Below are positions 1 to 9,426 of a stretch of DNA of 64,000 nt, in pieces; position 1 is the stretch's first letter; every line of letters begins with the position of its first letter. A model generated the notes under the pieces. The model was not told the DNA's origin. It did not search any database and was given only the letters and a program-made list of their open reading frames with translations. Source of the DNA: Candidatus Bathyarchaeota archaeon (GTDB taxonomy: Archaea; Thermoproteota; Bathyarchaeia; Bathyarchaeales; Bathycorpusculaceae). The DNA is taken from positions 544,001-608,000 of the forward strand of contig CAWHVC010000005.1 of the NCBI GenBank assembly GCA_963832745.1. Direction: 5' to 3'. The position numbers and the translations under genes are program-made.

Positions 1-729
1 CTCATCAAACGGCTCAATCAAGGTTATTTCTTCAAGACGGTCAATATGCAAAGTTGCAAAACCGTAAGTCACCAAAAAACTAACCAAAAAAGCGCGTTGC
101 ACTGTTTCTTCGTAAGTGTCAGCACCAATAAAGTTCCAGTAATGGATTTTACCGTCAACACCTTTTTCGGCTACACAGTTTTTAAGTTCACGCCAGTAGC
201 ATTCAAGTTCTTCAGAAAACTCTTTATCGCCCAAAACACGGGCTTTAACAAGGTCAGCGTAACTGGTTGTACCGTTAACAACTTGTTCCACGTTAAAGTC
301 TTTCCAGCGTTCAGTAAGCGGTGCCAAAGCATCCCAGTACAGCAAGCCATCTGCCAACGTGCGCAGGTTTAGTTTTTCAAGTGCAATGATCGGATGCCAA
401 GCGCCAAGTAAGACGTCGACCATGCCGTTGCGGCTGGTTTTGCGGATTTTTTCTTCCAACACAAACGGGTCAGCATATAGCGACGTGGAACGCTGTTTAA
501 CCCATTCACTCTGCATTTTAATTACTGTTGCAAGGTGATGAATTGCTTCGGCATCCAAGTTCAACTCGTCCGCCTGCGTCCAATCAGGAAAATATTCTTT
601 GACAACACTGATTATTTCTTCAACATTAAGCGTAAACGGGTCAACAGTGTGGTTTTCAATCGCAATACACATTTCAATTACACGTTGCAGCTTCTCTTTA
701 CCCAACCGTTTATGTTCTCTGTCAGGCAT
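1..729 (-). CDS. Partial kleisin/ScpA-like protein (runs off window edge)
   Basis: Not in ORF track. Hand translation: ATG at 729 overlaps the SMC stop (TAATG), open to position 1: MPDREHKRLGKEKLQRVIEMC...VDPFTLNVEEII...YWNFIGADTYEETVQRAFLVSFLVTYGF. N-terminal DP motif and C-terminal segment resemble ScpA/kleisin ends; the call rests partly on context. Confidence 0.6.
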   Translation of the reverse strand, partial: MPDREHKRLGKEKLQRVIEMCIAIENHTVDPFTLNVEEIISVVKEYFPDWTQADELNLDAEAIHHLATVIKMQSEWVKQRSTSLYADPFVLEEKIRKTSRNGMVDVLLGAWHPIIALEKLNLRTLADGLLYWDALAPLTERWKDFNVEQVVNGTTSYADLVKARVLGDKEFSEELECYWRELKNCVAEKGVDGKIHYWNFIGADTYEETVQRAFLVSFLVTYGFATLHIDRLEEITLIEPFDE

Positions 730-2651
730 TACTTGATAACCTCTTTTACGACTGATTTACCTTCAAGATTCTGCACAGTAATGACGTTGGCGTCCTTTTG
801 GGCAAAAGTAATTTGGCTAGGCGTAATTACGATGTACTGAGCTGTAGCGTCCTTTATCATAGAAACTAAGACTTTAGCTATCATTTCACGGTTCTTAGGA
901 TCCATATGAATATCATATTCGTCAACAGCACGGAAAGGTGAACGGACATGCTGTTGCAGAGCAAGCAAAAACGCCATGGTTGCCGTGGTACGTTCGCCAC
1001 CGCTCTGGGTAAAAGCATCTAACGCAACTGGTTTGCTACCCTTAAAGCCAACGTAGATTTCTATGCCAGCGGTTTCGATGTCCTGCATGTTAGACAAATG
1101 CACTTCACCAGTCGCCAAAGTCTGAGCCATAATTCGTTGATACTCAACGTTGACTCGTTCGATCAGTTGCTCCATCACGTTACGCCATGCCCCCATGCGA
1201 GCTTTGAGTTCTTCAAGGGTTTTTTCGCGGTTTTCAGCAACAACCTGAGCTTTCTCTTTCAGTTCCAAGTAAAGTTTTGAGTAGGAATCATACATTTTTT
1301 CTATATCTTCAGAAACATTAGCAAGCGCCGCCAAGTGCCCCTCGGTTAAGCGTATTTCGTCCTGAATCTCAGAAGCATTTTTGGTCACAGTAACGCGTTC
1401 CCCGTGCGCCCGCGCTTTAGCTTCCGCAGTTTTAAGGTTCGCTTGAGCTTCAGCAAGGGACGCCTCGATTTCTTTTAAGCTGACAACAGCGTTTGCACGT
1501 TTAAACTCCAAAAGCGCCAGATGAACACGCTTGTCCAGTTCGGAATCTTTAACTTTCTCTTGGGCAGCCTCTAAATCAGATAGTTTAGCCTCGATACCTT
1601 TAACCTGCTCGGACATGCCAACAATTTGCCGCTTTGAATTTTCCATAAGCGCTTGGAGATTTTCGCGCCTCAACAGTTTAAACTGAGCCTTATTCTGCAC
1701 TGTTGCTTCAAGAATCTCTGCTTCCTTAAGCAACTCACCAATGAAAACAAGGATTGACTCTTTCTCTGCAATCCCCCGCTCCAAACCTATACGTTCCTCA
1801 AAAACAGCTTTCTCTTGACCTTTAAGGCTTACAACACTATTCTGCTGCTCACAAAGCTGGTCATTAAAAGTTTGTTTTTCTCTTTCAATCTTACCAAGAC
1901 TGTCTTGATGTTTAGCAAGGTTAGCATCCAAAGCCTTAATCATGTCTTCCCGCCGTTCCACTTCTGCCCAAACCAATTCGCGGTCTAAGAAACGGCATTT
2001 AAGCTGAAGCTGCTTTTTTTCTTGAAACCTTTCATATTGTTCACGCCAATAATTCAGCGTTTGCTCAGCGGATTCAAGCAGTTTACTGACTGATTCTTCT
2101 TGGCTTAGTATTTTGGTTAATTTTTCCTTGGCTGAAAGCACGTTTTCTCGAAAAGGTTCCAAACCGACGGCTGCTTCTACCATATGCAGTTTTTGAATGT
2201 TAGAGAGCACACTAAATTGTTCAACCATGTTTTGATGCATAATAATTAGCATGTTATCCGGGTCTACGCCAAATCTTCCAAGCAAGCGCTCTACGTCTTG
2301 TTTTGACGCAGAACGGTTTTCAAGTTCAAACCAGTACTTGCCATCCCTACGCAAAATGCGAGTTAAAAAAAGTTGGTCTTTGCTGTATTTTGCAACTGGA
2401 CGTCTGCCGCCTTGTTTGCTGTTGTCCAAAATTAGGGTGACGCGGGCTTGGTCGCTGCCCCAACGTATTAAATCACTAAGTTTGCGAGAACGTTCCGTGT
2501 AGGTTTGACCTAAACCCACGGATATTGCAAGCAGCAGTGAAGATTTGCCTGCGCCGTTTGGTCCGCCGATTACGTTAACGCCCTGTTTGAATGGTACTCG
2601 GGCGTATTCGTAGCTCATGAAATTTTCAAGTATAACTTCTTGGATAAGCAT
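729..2651 (-). CDS. SMC-superfamily ATPase, short (640 aa), no recognisable hinge
   Basis: N-terminal LENFMSY and Walker A GPNGAGKS; long coiled coil; signature QSGGER; Walker B/D-loop PFRAVDEYDIHMD. Confidence 0.9.
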   Translation of the reverse strand: MLIQEVILENFMSYEYARVPFKQGVNVIGGPNGAGKSSLLLAISVGLGQTYTERSRKLSDLIRWGSDQARVTLILDNSKQGGRRPVAKYSKDQLFLTRILRRDGKYWFELENRSASKQDVERLLGRFGVDPDNMLIIMHQNMVEQFSVLSNIQKLHMVEAAVGLEPFRENVLSAKEKLTKILSQEESVSKLLESAEQTLNYWREQYERFQEKKQLQLKCRFLDRELVWAEVERREDMIKALDANLAKHQDSLGKIEREKQTFNDQLCEQQNSVVSLKGQEKAVFEERIGLERGIAEKESILVFIGELLKEAEILEATVQNKAQFKLLRRENLQALMENSKRQIVGMSEQVKGIEAKLSDLEAAQEKVKDSELDKRVHLALLEFKRANAVVSLKEIEASLAEAQANLKTAEAKARAHGERVTVTKNASEIQDEIRLTEGHLAALANVSEDIEKMYDSYSKLYLELKEKAQVVAENREKTLEELKARMGAWRNVMEQLIERVNVEYQRIMAQTLATGEVHLSNMQDIETAGIEIYVGFKGSKPVALDAFTQSGGERTTATMAFLLALQQHVRSPFRAVDEYDIHMDPKNREMIAKVLVSMIKDATAQYIVITPSQITFAQKDANVITVQNLEGKSVVKEVIK

Positions 2652-2968
2652 TACTGTAAATTTGCCTTCTTTAAATCGAGGAAATAGTAGTTGAAAAGTC
2701 TCTTATTTAACTAAATTGCATTAGATTGTCACAATTTACGGCAACTTTTGGTTTTATTTTTAAGGTTTTTCTTATTGGTTGATTCTGGGATTGTTTAAAA
2801 ATGAGTTTTGAGGCTTGTTGTTGACTGTTTTGTTGTTGTGACCATTTGTTGGATTGATTGGGTTTAATCTTGTAATTAGGGCTTGTGCATAACAACCCTT
2901 AAATCTTTGGCACACATACACCTCATATATGCCAATAACAAGGCATAAAAATACCATAAGAGGCATAA

Positions 2969-3163
2969 ACGACGAAAATAACCAAAGAAGTAATCACCTG
3001 CTGGATAATCGGAGCAATCCTAGTCATATTTGGAACATCCGTCAAAAACTACATCTTCGAAACACTAGCCATAATCGTAATCGCCTTCGGAGCAGTCTTA
3101 GCAATCTTTTGGGAAGACCTCTTTAAAACCAAACAAAAAGAAACAAAAAACGAGGAGACATAA
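2969..3163 (+). CDS. Small two-TM membrane protein lacking a canonical start (ACG or ATA)
   Basis: Frame not in ORF track: TTKITKEVITCWIIGAILVIFGTSVKNYIFETLAIIVIAFGAVLAIFWEDLFKTKQKETKNEET*; stop ends 1 nt before the prohibitin ATG. Confidence 0.5.
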   Translation, partial: TTKITKEVITCWIIGAILVIFGTSVKNYIFETLAIIVIAFGAVLAIFWEDLFKTKQKETKNEET

Positions 3164-3164
3164 A

Positions 3165-4049
3165 ATGTTACCATTCTTCAGAAAAATTCTGGCTGTCATA
3201 ATAATCGTTATGATAGCACTAGTTTCAGTTGCAATATTAACAAGCGCATATCAAACAGTACCTACAGGCTATCAAGGAGTAGTCTTACAATGGGGCAACC
3301 CTGTAAGAACCGTCAGTTCAGGACTTAACCTAATCACTCCAATCGCTGAAGACATCGCGTTAGTAGATGTTCAAGTACAAGCAGCAACAGCTCGAGAATC
3401 AGCCGCATCATCAGACCTTCAAGAAGTATCAACCTCAGTCACAGTAAACTATCAGCTAGACGCAAACTATGCCAAAGAAATCTACACTAACCTTCGCGAC
3501 CAATATGAAAGCCGAGTAATCCTTCCCGCAATGCAAGATGCATTAAAAGCTTCAACAGCAAAGTTCCAAGCAAGCGAACTAATTACACAACGAGAGGCAG
3601 CCAAAAACTCATTCCTAACCCTACTACAAGACAAACTAGCGCAATACCACATAACCGTTGTTTCTGTCTCTATCACTGACTTCCAATTTTCAGAATCCTT
3701 CAAAGTCGCCATTGAAGCAAAAGTAACAGCTGAACAAAACGCTTTAGCCGCAAAGAACAAGTTGGAACAAATAGGTTACGAGGCACAACAACAAGTAATC
3801 CAAGCAACAGCAAACGCGACAGCAGTAGTCACTATTGCTCAAGCTAACGCAAACGCCACAATAATATCAGCCAATGCAACCGCTCAAGCAGTCCAGATAA
3901 TACAAGTTCAGTTAACCCCAGAATACATACAATACCTTTACGCTATAGGATGGGATGGCAAACTACCAATCTATTGGTCGTCAGGCAACAGTACAGCCCC
4001 ATTCTTACTCCTCCCAGTAGAACAAGCAACCAACAGCACAACCCCATAG
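3165..4049 (+). CDS. SPFH/Band 7 prohibitin-family membrane protein
   Basis: N-terminal TM, VPTGYQGVV, SSDLQEV, ELITQRE, AIEAKVTAEQ, C-terminal WDGKLP; GAGGAG RBS upstream. Confidence 0.9.
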   Translation: MLPFFRKILAVIIIVMIALVSVAILTSAYQTVPTGYQGVVLQWGNPVRTVSSGLNLITPIAEDIALVDVQVQAATARESAASSDLQEVSTSVTVNYQLDANYAKEIYTNLRDQYESRVILPAMQDALKASTAKFQASELITQREAAKNSFLTLLQDKLAQYHITVVSVSITDFQFSESFKVAIEAKVTAEQNALAAKNKLEQIGYEAQQQVIQATANATAVVTIAQANANATIISANATAQAVQIIQVQLTPEYIQYLYAIGWDGKLPIYWSSGNSTAPFLLLPVEQATNSTTP

Positions 4050-4256
4050 GTGAGTAAAATAATGCCGAAAAGAGAAGTATCAATCCTACATGCAAACAAT
4101 AAAACAATCATCTTGGAGGGTACGGTAGGTTTAGACTACCGTCTTTCAATCCCCAAACAACTAAGGAAACTTTTGAAACCTAATTCCCCAGTTAAAATCA
4201 CAATAGAAATTTTAGACACAGATGTCCAAACCGATGATAAGGAGGCTAAGCCATAA
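4050..4256 (+). CDS. AbrB/MazE/SpoVT-type DNA-binding protein
   Basis: GTVGLDYRLSIPKQLRKLL..PNSPVKITI matches the swapped-hairpin pattern. Confidence 0.65.
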   Translation: MSKIMPKREVSILHANNKTIILEGTVGLDYRLSIPKQLRKLLKPNSPVKITIEILDTDVQTDDKEAKP

Positions 4257-4620
4257 AAAGGGCAAATGCTGCTGGTTTTCACGTAAAATAACAGAATTAA
4301 TGTGCATTACCAAGAAGGCGCTGAGTTGAGCAATAAGATAAAAACATTTTATGCTCAAAATGCGGCTGGATGGTTAGAACACCTTTCGGCGACAAAGGCA
4401 ACGCCGTAAAACTGCATAACGCTAAACACAATAATTAAGGCAAGAGTTATGGAAGGTAATAATAAGCAATTTGGAACTACTCAGACGCCAATAAGGGCAG
4501 AGACACCCTGTTTTGCAGGTTAAAGCCCAAAGAGACCGTTTTTCATCCGACGCATATAACTGTTTAGACGTAAACCCCACACCAACACAACGTTTAAAAG
4601 ACCCCTATGCACTTCTCTTT

Positions 4621-4700
4621 GGTTTCCAAAAGGCAAGCGGCGTATGTGTGAACAGGTCGGAGCCAGTTCAGTAAACACAGGGTTTCTTGCCGAGGAAAAA
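4621..4700 (+). ncRNA. Candidate structured leader or small RNA
   Basis: TTTAAAA box at ~4593-4599; nested pairings TTTCC/GGAAA, GGCAAG/CTTGCC, TGTGT/ACACA, GAAC/GTTC, GGT-CGGA-GCC. Confidence 0.35.
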
Positions 4701-4735
4701 AATTAATCAGGAATAGTAGGAGGAAAAGAATAGAA

Positions 4736-4861
4736 ATGCTATCACGAGATTGCGACGGTTGCTCACAAATGAGAGCCTGCGGTAGACGCTTTGTTGTCGC
4801 TTATAAAGGCGAGAAGGTTTACTGCCCAGATGGAACAGCCCATTTAGTAGACGGATTCTAA
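4736..4861 (+). CDS. Cys-rich microprotein (41 aa), putative metal-binding
   Basis: MLSRDCDGCSQMRACGRRFVVAYKGEKVYCPDGTAHLVDGF; AGGAGG upstream; paralog at 46277..46450. Confidence 0.8.
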   Translation: MLSRDCDGCSQMRACGRRFVVAYKGEKVYCPDGTAHLVDGF

Positions 4862-4930
4862 GAAGTAATCAACCGTTTTTTAGAAAAAAAAACGAACAAA
4901 TTTTATTGCTTTTTTCCTTTTTGTTTTTGT

Positions 4931-5335
4931 TTAGCTTATGGCTTTTTTGATTTCTGCTAAAACGTCTGAGAAATCCGTTGACTTTTCATGTGTCATACCC
5001 TTTTTGGAAACCATCAGTAACGTTTTGTAACCTTTATCAGCTAAGCTTTTTTGCATGGATTTCATTGTACGGTTATTTCCGAAAATGCGGTAGGTAACAA
5101 ACAAGATTACTTTTTTGCCTTCCACAGCGGGCATTGCTTGGATAAATGCTACGGCTTCTTTTGTTGGGCTGGCTCCTTCCACTGGAGTCCCAAGGATAAG
5201 TAAGTCAAATTTTTGGGTTTCTGAAGGCTGCGTTGATGTTATATCGTAAAGAGGAGCTTTTGTTGCGTCAGCTATTGCTTCTGCGAAACGTTTGGTGTTT
5301 CCTGTTCTTGAAAAATAGAAAACTCCGATGCTCAT
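4931..5335 (-). CDS. Flavodoxin family protein
   Basis: YFSRTGNT FMN-binding loop, LILGTP. Confidence 0.9.
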   Translation of the reverse strand: MSIGVFYFSRTGNTKRFAEAIADATKAPLYDITSTQPSETQKFDLLILGTPVEGASPTKEAVAFIQAMPAVEGKKVILFVTYRIFGNNRTMKSMQKSLADKGYKTLLMVSKKGMTHEKSTDFSDVLAEIKKAIS

Positions 5336-5423
5336 AAATTAAAGTATCTTGCACTTACCTAATATAATCTTCGGCTTTGGGCTAAGTCGATACTGCTAAT
5401 TTTAATAGGCTCGCCATTCAGTA

Positions 5424-7211
5424 ATGGTTGACGGCGAAAAAAGTATGGATTACGCAATTATTGCTGACGCTTACGAAAAAATTGAGGCAACCACTAAACG
5501 CCTCGAAATGACAGACCTACTTGTCAAGCTACTAACAAAAACGCCAAAAGAAGGCATATCCAAAGTCGTCTACTTAACACAGGGCAAACTGTACCCCGAT
5601 TTTATGGGCATAGAAATCGGCGTAGCAGAAAAACTTGCAATAAAAGCCCTCGTCAGGGCCTCAGGAAGAAAGGAAAGTGAATTCCTTGCTGATCTACAAA
5701 AAACTGGTGACCTCGGCGAAGCCGCAGAAATTCAGCTTGCCAAAAAGAAGCAAGCCACATTATTTTTCTCCAAAAAACTTACTGTTGAGCATGTTTATGA
5801 AACGCTTGACAAGATGGCAAAAACCTCAGGTTCAGGCGCCGTAGACACAAAAATGGCGGTTTTTGCTGGCCTACTCTCTGACGCGTCGCCGAAAGAGGCA
5901 AAGTATCTTATTCGTACAGTAACGGGCAACCTGCGGTTAGGCATAGCAGACATGACTGTTTTGGAAGCGTTAGCAATTGCTTATGGAGGTGGAAAAGAAG
6001 CTCGTGAACCAATTGAGCGTGCCTATAACATTTGTTCAGACTTGGGCAGGGTGTCAGATATTCTTGTTAGCGACGGTTTAGATGCAGTAAAAAAGATGCA
6101 GGTGATGGTTTTTGAACCAATCCGTCCAATGCTTGCAGAAAGACTGCCTTCGCCGGAGGAGATTTTAGAGAAGCTTAACGGCAAATGCTTAGCGGAGTAC
6201 AAATATGATGGCGAACGCATCCAAGCGCATAAACAAGGCAACGATGTTATCCTTTATTCCAGGCGCTTAGAAAATATTTCCAGCCAGTATCCTGATGTGG
6301 TTGAATTAATCAAAAAACAAGTGAACGCTCAAGAAGCAATTTTTGAGGCTGAATGCGTCGCCATGGACCTTGAAACAGGGGACATGCGTCCTTTCCAAGA
6401 GCTTATGCATCGAAGACGCAAATACGGCATAGAAGCAGCAATTGAGCAGTACCCAATTTCGCTGTTCACGTTTGATTTGTTGTTTGTTGACGGAAAAGAC
6501 TTAACCCGTGAACCTCTTACAGCCAGACGTAAAGCGTTAGAGGAAGCGTTAAACAAAAACGACCGACTGCAGTTAGCCACCCAAAAAGTCGTCAACAACC
6601 CCAAAGAGCTGGAGGATTTTTTTGAGGAAGCCATAGAGGAAGGCTGTGAAGGCTTAATGTGTAAATCCATAACCAAAGACTCCGTTTACCAAGCCGGCAA
6701 CAGGGGCTGGTTATGGATAAAATACAAGCGTGATTACAAGAGTGAAATGACTGACACCGTTGATTTGGTTGTGGTGGGGGCTTTTCATGGCAGGGGCAAA
6801 CGGGCAGGAGCATATGGCGCGCTACTACTATCGACTTATAATCCTGACAGGGATATGTTTGAAACCGTAACCAAATGCGGCACAGGCTTCACCGATAAAG
6901 ACATCGCCGACCTGCACTCAATGCTTCAGAAACATGTTATTCCACGAAAGCACTCTCGGGTTTCGTCAACTATGGAAGCGGATGTCTGGTTTGAACCATT
7001 CATTGTCCTTGAAGTTTTAGGCGCCGAAGTCACATTAAGCCCAATCCACATGGCTGCAATGGATTCAATCCGTAAAGGCAGCGGCTTAGCAATACGTTTC
7101 CCAAGATTCACAGGAAAATACAGAACAGACAAAAGCCCACAGGACGCCACAACATCAAAAGAAATCGTGGAAATGTATCAAGCACAACTTAAACAAATCA
7201 GCCAAACCTAA
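5424..7211 (+). CDS. lig: ATP-dependent DNA ligase (start may be 5445)
   Basis: EYKYDGER adenylation motif, EGLMCK, WIKYKRDY, RFPRF. Confidence 0.97.
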   Translation: MVDGEKSMDYAIIADAYEKIEATTKRLEMTDLLVKLLTKTPKEGISKVVYLTQGKLYPDFMGIEIGVAEKLAIKALVRASGRKESEFLADLQKTGDLGEAAEIQLAKKKQATLFFSKKLTVEHVYETLDKMAKTSGSGAVDTKMAVFAGLLSDASPKEAKYLIRTVTGNLRLGIADMTVLEALAIAYGGGKEAREPIERAYNICSDLGRVSDILVSDGLDAVKKMQVMVFEPIRPMLAERLPSPEEILEKLNGKCLAEYKYDGERIQAHKQGNDVILYSRRLENISSQYPDVVELIKKQVNAQEAIFEAECVAMDLETGDMRPFQELMHRRRKYGIEAAIEQYPISLFTFDLLFVDGKDLTREPLTARRKALEEALNKNDRLQLATQKVVNNPKELEDFFEEAIEEGCEGLMCKSITKDSVYQAGNRGWLWIKYKRDYKSEMTDTVDLVVVGAFHGRGKRAGAYGALLLSTYNPDRDMFETVTKCGTGFTDKDIADLHSMLQKHVIPRKHSRVSSTMEADVWFEPFIVLEVLGAEVTLSPIHMAAMDSIRKGSGLAIRFPRFTGKYRTDKSPQDATTSKEIVEMYQAQLKQISQT

Positions 7212-7300
7212 AACAAGCAAAACAGCGGGGGTTTGAAATTCAAGCACCTTTAGCATCATGTAACTGTTTAGTCAAGAAACCTTGACTGATAACCTTTTTA
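7212..7300 (+). repeat. Upstream flank repeat, copy 1, containing palindrome AGTCAAG-AAAC-CTTGACT (7270-7287)
   Basis: Aligns with 8188-8275; TTTAGTCAAGAAACCTTGAC identical in both. Confidence 0.85.
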
Positions 7301-7326
7301 ATACAATAATTTTTTGTTTTTTTTAT

Positions 7327-8161
7327 ATGAAGAGGACAATAGCAGCAGTAACTATTATGGTACTTGTATTGTCTGTTACTATGAATATTCTAACTGTTCC
7401 GGCAAAGGCTGATTCAATCATTTTTATCAGACCTGACGGAAGCATTGAGGGAACAAACCTGATCCTAAAGGAAGAAGACACTTACACTTTAATAGGCAAT
7501 CTCTCAAACAGCATTCACGTTCAAAGAAGCAATATTATTCTAGACGGGGCAGGATACGCAATCAATGGAAACGGTGAAGGAACAGGAATAGATCTTTCAA
7601 ACGATGTTCCAGTTGATTCTTCACGCGCCCAAATTAGCAACGTAACAGTGAAGAATGTTGTTTTTACAAATTGGTTTTCTGCAGTTGACTTCGTTCCATC
7701 TACTAACAACACTTTTGTCAATAACTGCTTGAAAGATTGCTACGGAGGCTTTAACATATGGTGGACATCTAACAACACCCTAACGCACAATACCGTCGAA
7801 AATTGCTTTGTTGGAGTCACGATTAACTTCGGAGGAGGCAACAACATTGTCATCGAAAACACTATAATTAATTCCAGTGTTGGAATTATGAAGCCTCCGG
7901 AAAATATTGTTGATAAGAATTACTGGAGCGATTACCTGACAAAAATATCCAAACGCCAAAGAAATTGGAACATCAGGTATTTGGAATACACCATACCAAG
8001 GCAATAACCTTACAGATAATCAGCCCCTGATCAATCAACCTACAACAAAGCCCAGTCCTGCCGATATGCAACAATTTCAAACAAGTTTATTTGCAGTTCC
8101 AATAGTAGTAGGTATAACTATCGTATTATTACTGATTTACTTCAAGAAACGCAAACACTAA
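7327..8161 (+). CDS. NosD/right-handed beta-helix surface protein with C-terminal anchor, frameshifted near 7941
   Basis: Signal peptide, IRPDGSIEGT, LDGAGY, NNT repeats, NYWSDY; removing one A in ACAAAAATAT gives KYPNAKEIGTSGIWNTPY...IVVGITIVLLLIYFKKRKH*. Confidence 0.8.
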
Positions 8162-8184
8162 ATTAACAATTCAACTTTTTACCA
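8132..8184 (+). repeat. 3' flank repeat, copy 1 (encodes IYFKKRK* plus downstream sequence)
   Basis: TGATTTACTTCAAGAAACGCAAACACTAAATTAACAATTCAACTTTTTACCA nearly identical to 9399-9450. Confidence 0.85.
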
Positions 8185-8187
8185 AAT

Positions 8188-8275
8188 AAACAAGCAAGAC
8201 ATTTGGGTTTGGCATTCAGGCATTCTAACATCATACAACTATTTAGTCAAGAAACCTTGACGGAAACGCATTTAT
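8188..8275 (+). repeat. Upstream flank repeat, copy 2, palindrome GTCAAG-AAAC-CTTGAC (8246-8261)
   Basis: Aligns with 7212-7300. Confidence 0.85.
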
Positions 8276-8310
8276 TGACATAAAAAACTACCAACAAATG
8301 GTGAAGACTG

Positions 8311-9426
8311 TTGACAAAAAATCTGACGTTTCTAATTATTTTGGTTTTAATGATGGCATCTTTTGCTTTTTGCTCTGAACCTGCAGTCTCTTCTGAAGTC
8401 TCTCCTAAAAATTGTTGGAGTATTAAGACACCAATGCCCGAGGTAATAGGTGGAGTTAGGGCTACAGTTGTAAACGATGAGATACATGTTATTGGAGGCT
8501 CAATTCACTACGTGTATAATCCAACAAAAAACGATTGGACTGCCAAAGAGCCCATGCCTACTGGTAGACAATATTTTGGAATTGCGGTATATCAAAACAA
8601 AATATACACCATAGGGGGCGGCACATGGAATTCTAACACAGGATGGACCACAAGCAACATAACCGAAGTTTATGATCCCTTAACAAACAGTTGGGAGAAC
8701 GCGACAGCAATGCCTACCAGTAGAATGTCGCTATTAGCAAGCGAAGTTGACGGAAAAATCTATCTGATAGGCGGCAGAACAGGAGGACCATCCTCGATTG
8801 TTGCCTTAAACGAAGTTTACAACATAGCAAACGATTCATGGACAACTCAGAAATCAATTCAATACCCAGTCGATAGCTATGCATCCGCTGTTGTTGACGG
8901 CAAAATATACGTTATAGGTGGGTTTGAGGGGTTTTATCACGGTGCTCCAGTAGGTTACACTCAAATTTATGACCCTATGACAAATAGTTGGAGCCTCGGG
9001 GCGTCACTTCCAGAAATCGTGCGAAATGCCGCGGCAGGAGCTACAACGGGCATACTCGCACCCAAGAGAATATATGTCATAGGAGGCGGACCAGATATGG
9101 GTGCTACCAACTTCACTCAAGTTTATAATCCTGAAAATAACTCTTGGACTTTGGGTAGTCAAATGCCGACTGCACGCATTTCACTTACCGTCACAGTCAT
9201 CAACGATTTACTATACGCGATTGGAGGCACAACTTACGTCACGATGCCTTTTCTTACTACAAATGAACAATACACACCTTTTGAATATAGAACTCCAGAA
9301 ATGTCTGCAAACGGAACAACTCCCGATTTTGCAGGTTCTTCAGATGTACTGATCGTGGCTGTTTCAATCACAATAATACTTGTTGTAATTGGGCTAATGA
9401 TTTACTTCAAAAAACGCAAACGCTAA
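8311..9426 (+). CDS. Kelch-repeat beta-propeller surface protein with C-terminal TM anchor
   Basis: Signal peptide, repeated KIYxIGG...YDP..NSW motifs, ends VIGLMIYFKKRKR. Confidence 0.92.
   Translation: MTKNLTFLIILVLMMASFAFCSEPAVSSEVSPKNCWSIKTPMPEVIGGVRATVVNDEIHVIGGSIHYVYNPTKNDWTAKEPMPTGRQYFGIAVYQNKIYTIGGGTWNSNTGWTTSNITEVYDPLTNSWENATAMPTSRMSLLASEVDGKIYLIGGRTGGPSSIVALNEVYNIANDSWTTQKSIQYPVDSYASAVVDGKIYVIGGFEGFYHGAPVGYTQIYDPMTNSWSLGASLPEIVRNAAAGATTGILAPKRIYVIGGGPDMGATNFTQVYNPENNSWTLGSQMPTARISLTVTVINDLLYAIGGTTYVTMPFLTTNEQYTPFEYRTPEMSANGTTPDFAGSSDVLIVAVSITIILVVIGLMIYFKKRKR

Noticed and set aside
2929-3126. 65-aa ORF from the track
   Set aside because: Implausible composition; the overlapping two-TM frame is more protein-like
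4640-4675. SRP RNA helix 8 (CAGGTCGGAGCCAG resemblance)
   Set aside because: Lacks the GNRA loop and AGCAG motif and is far shorter than archaeal 7S RNA
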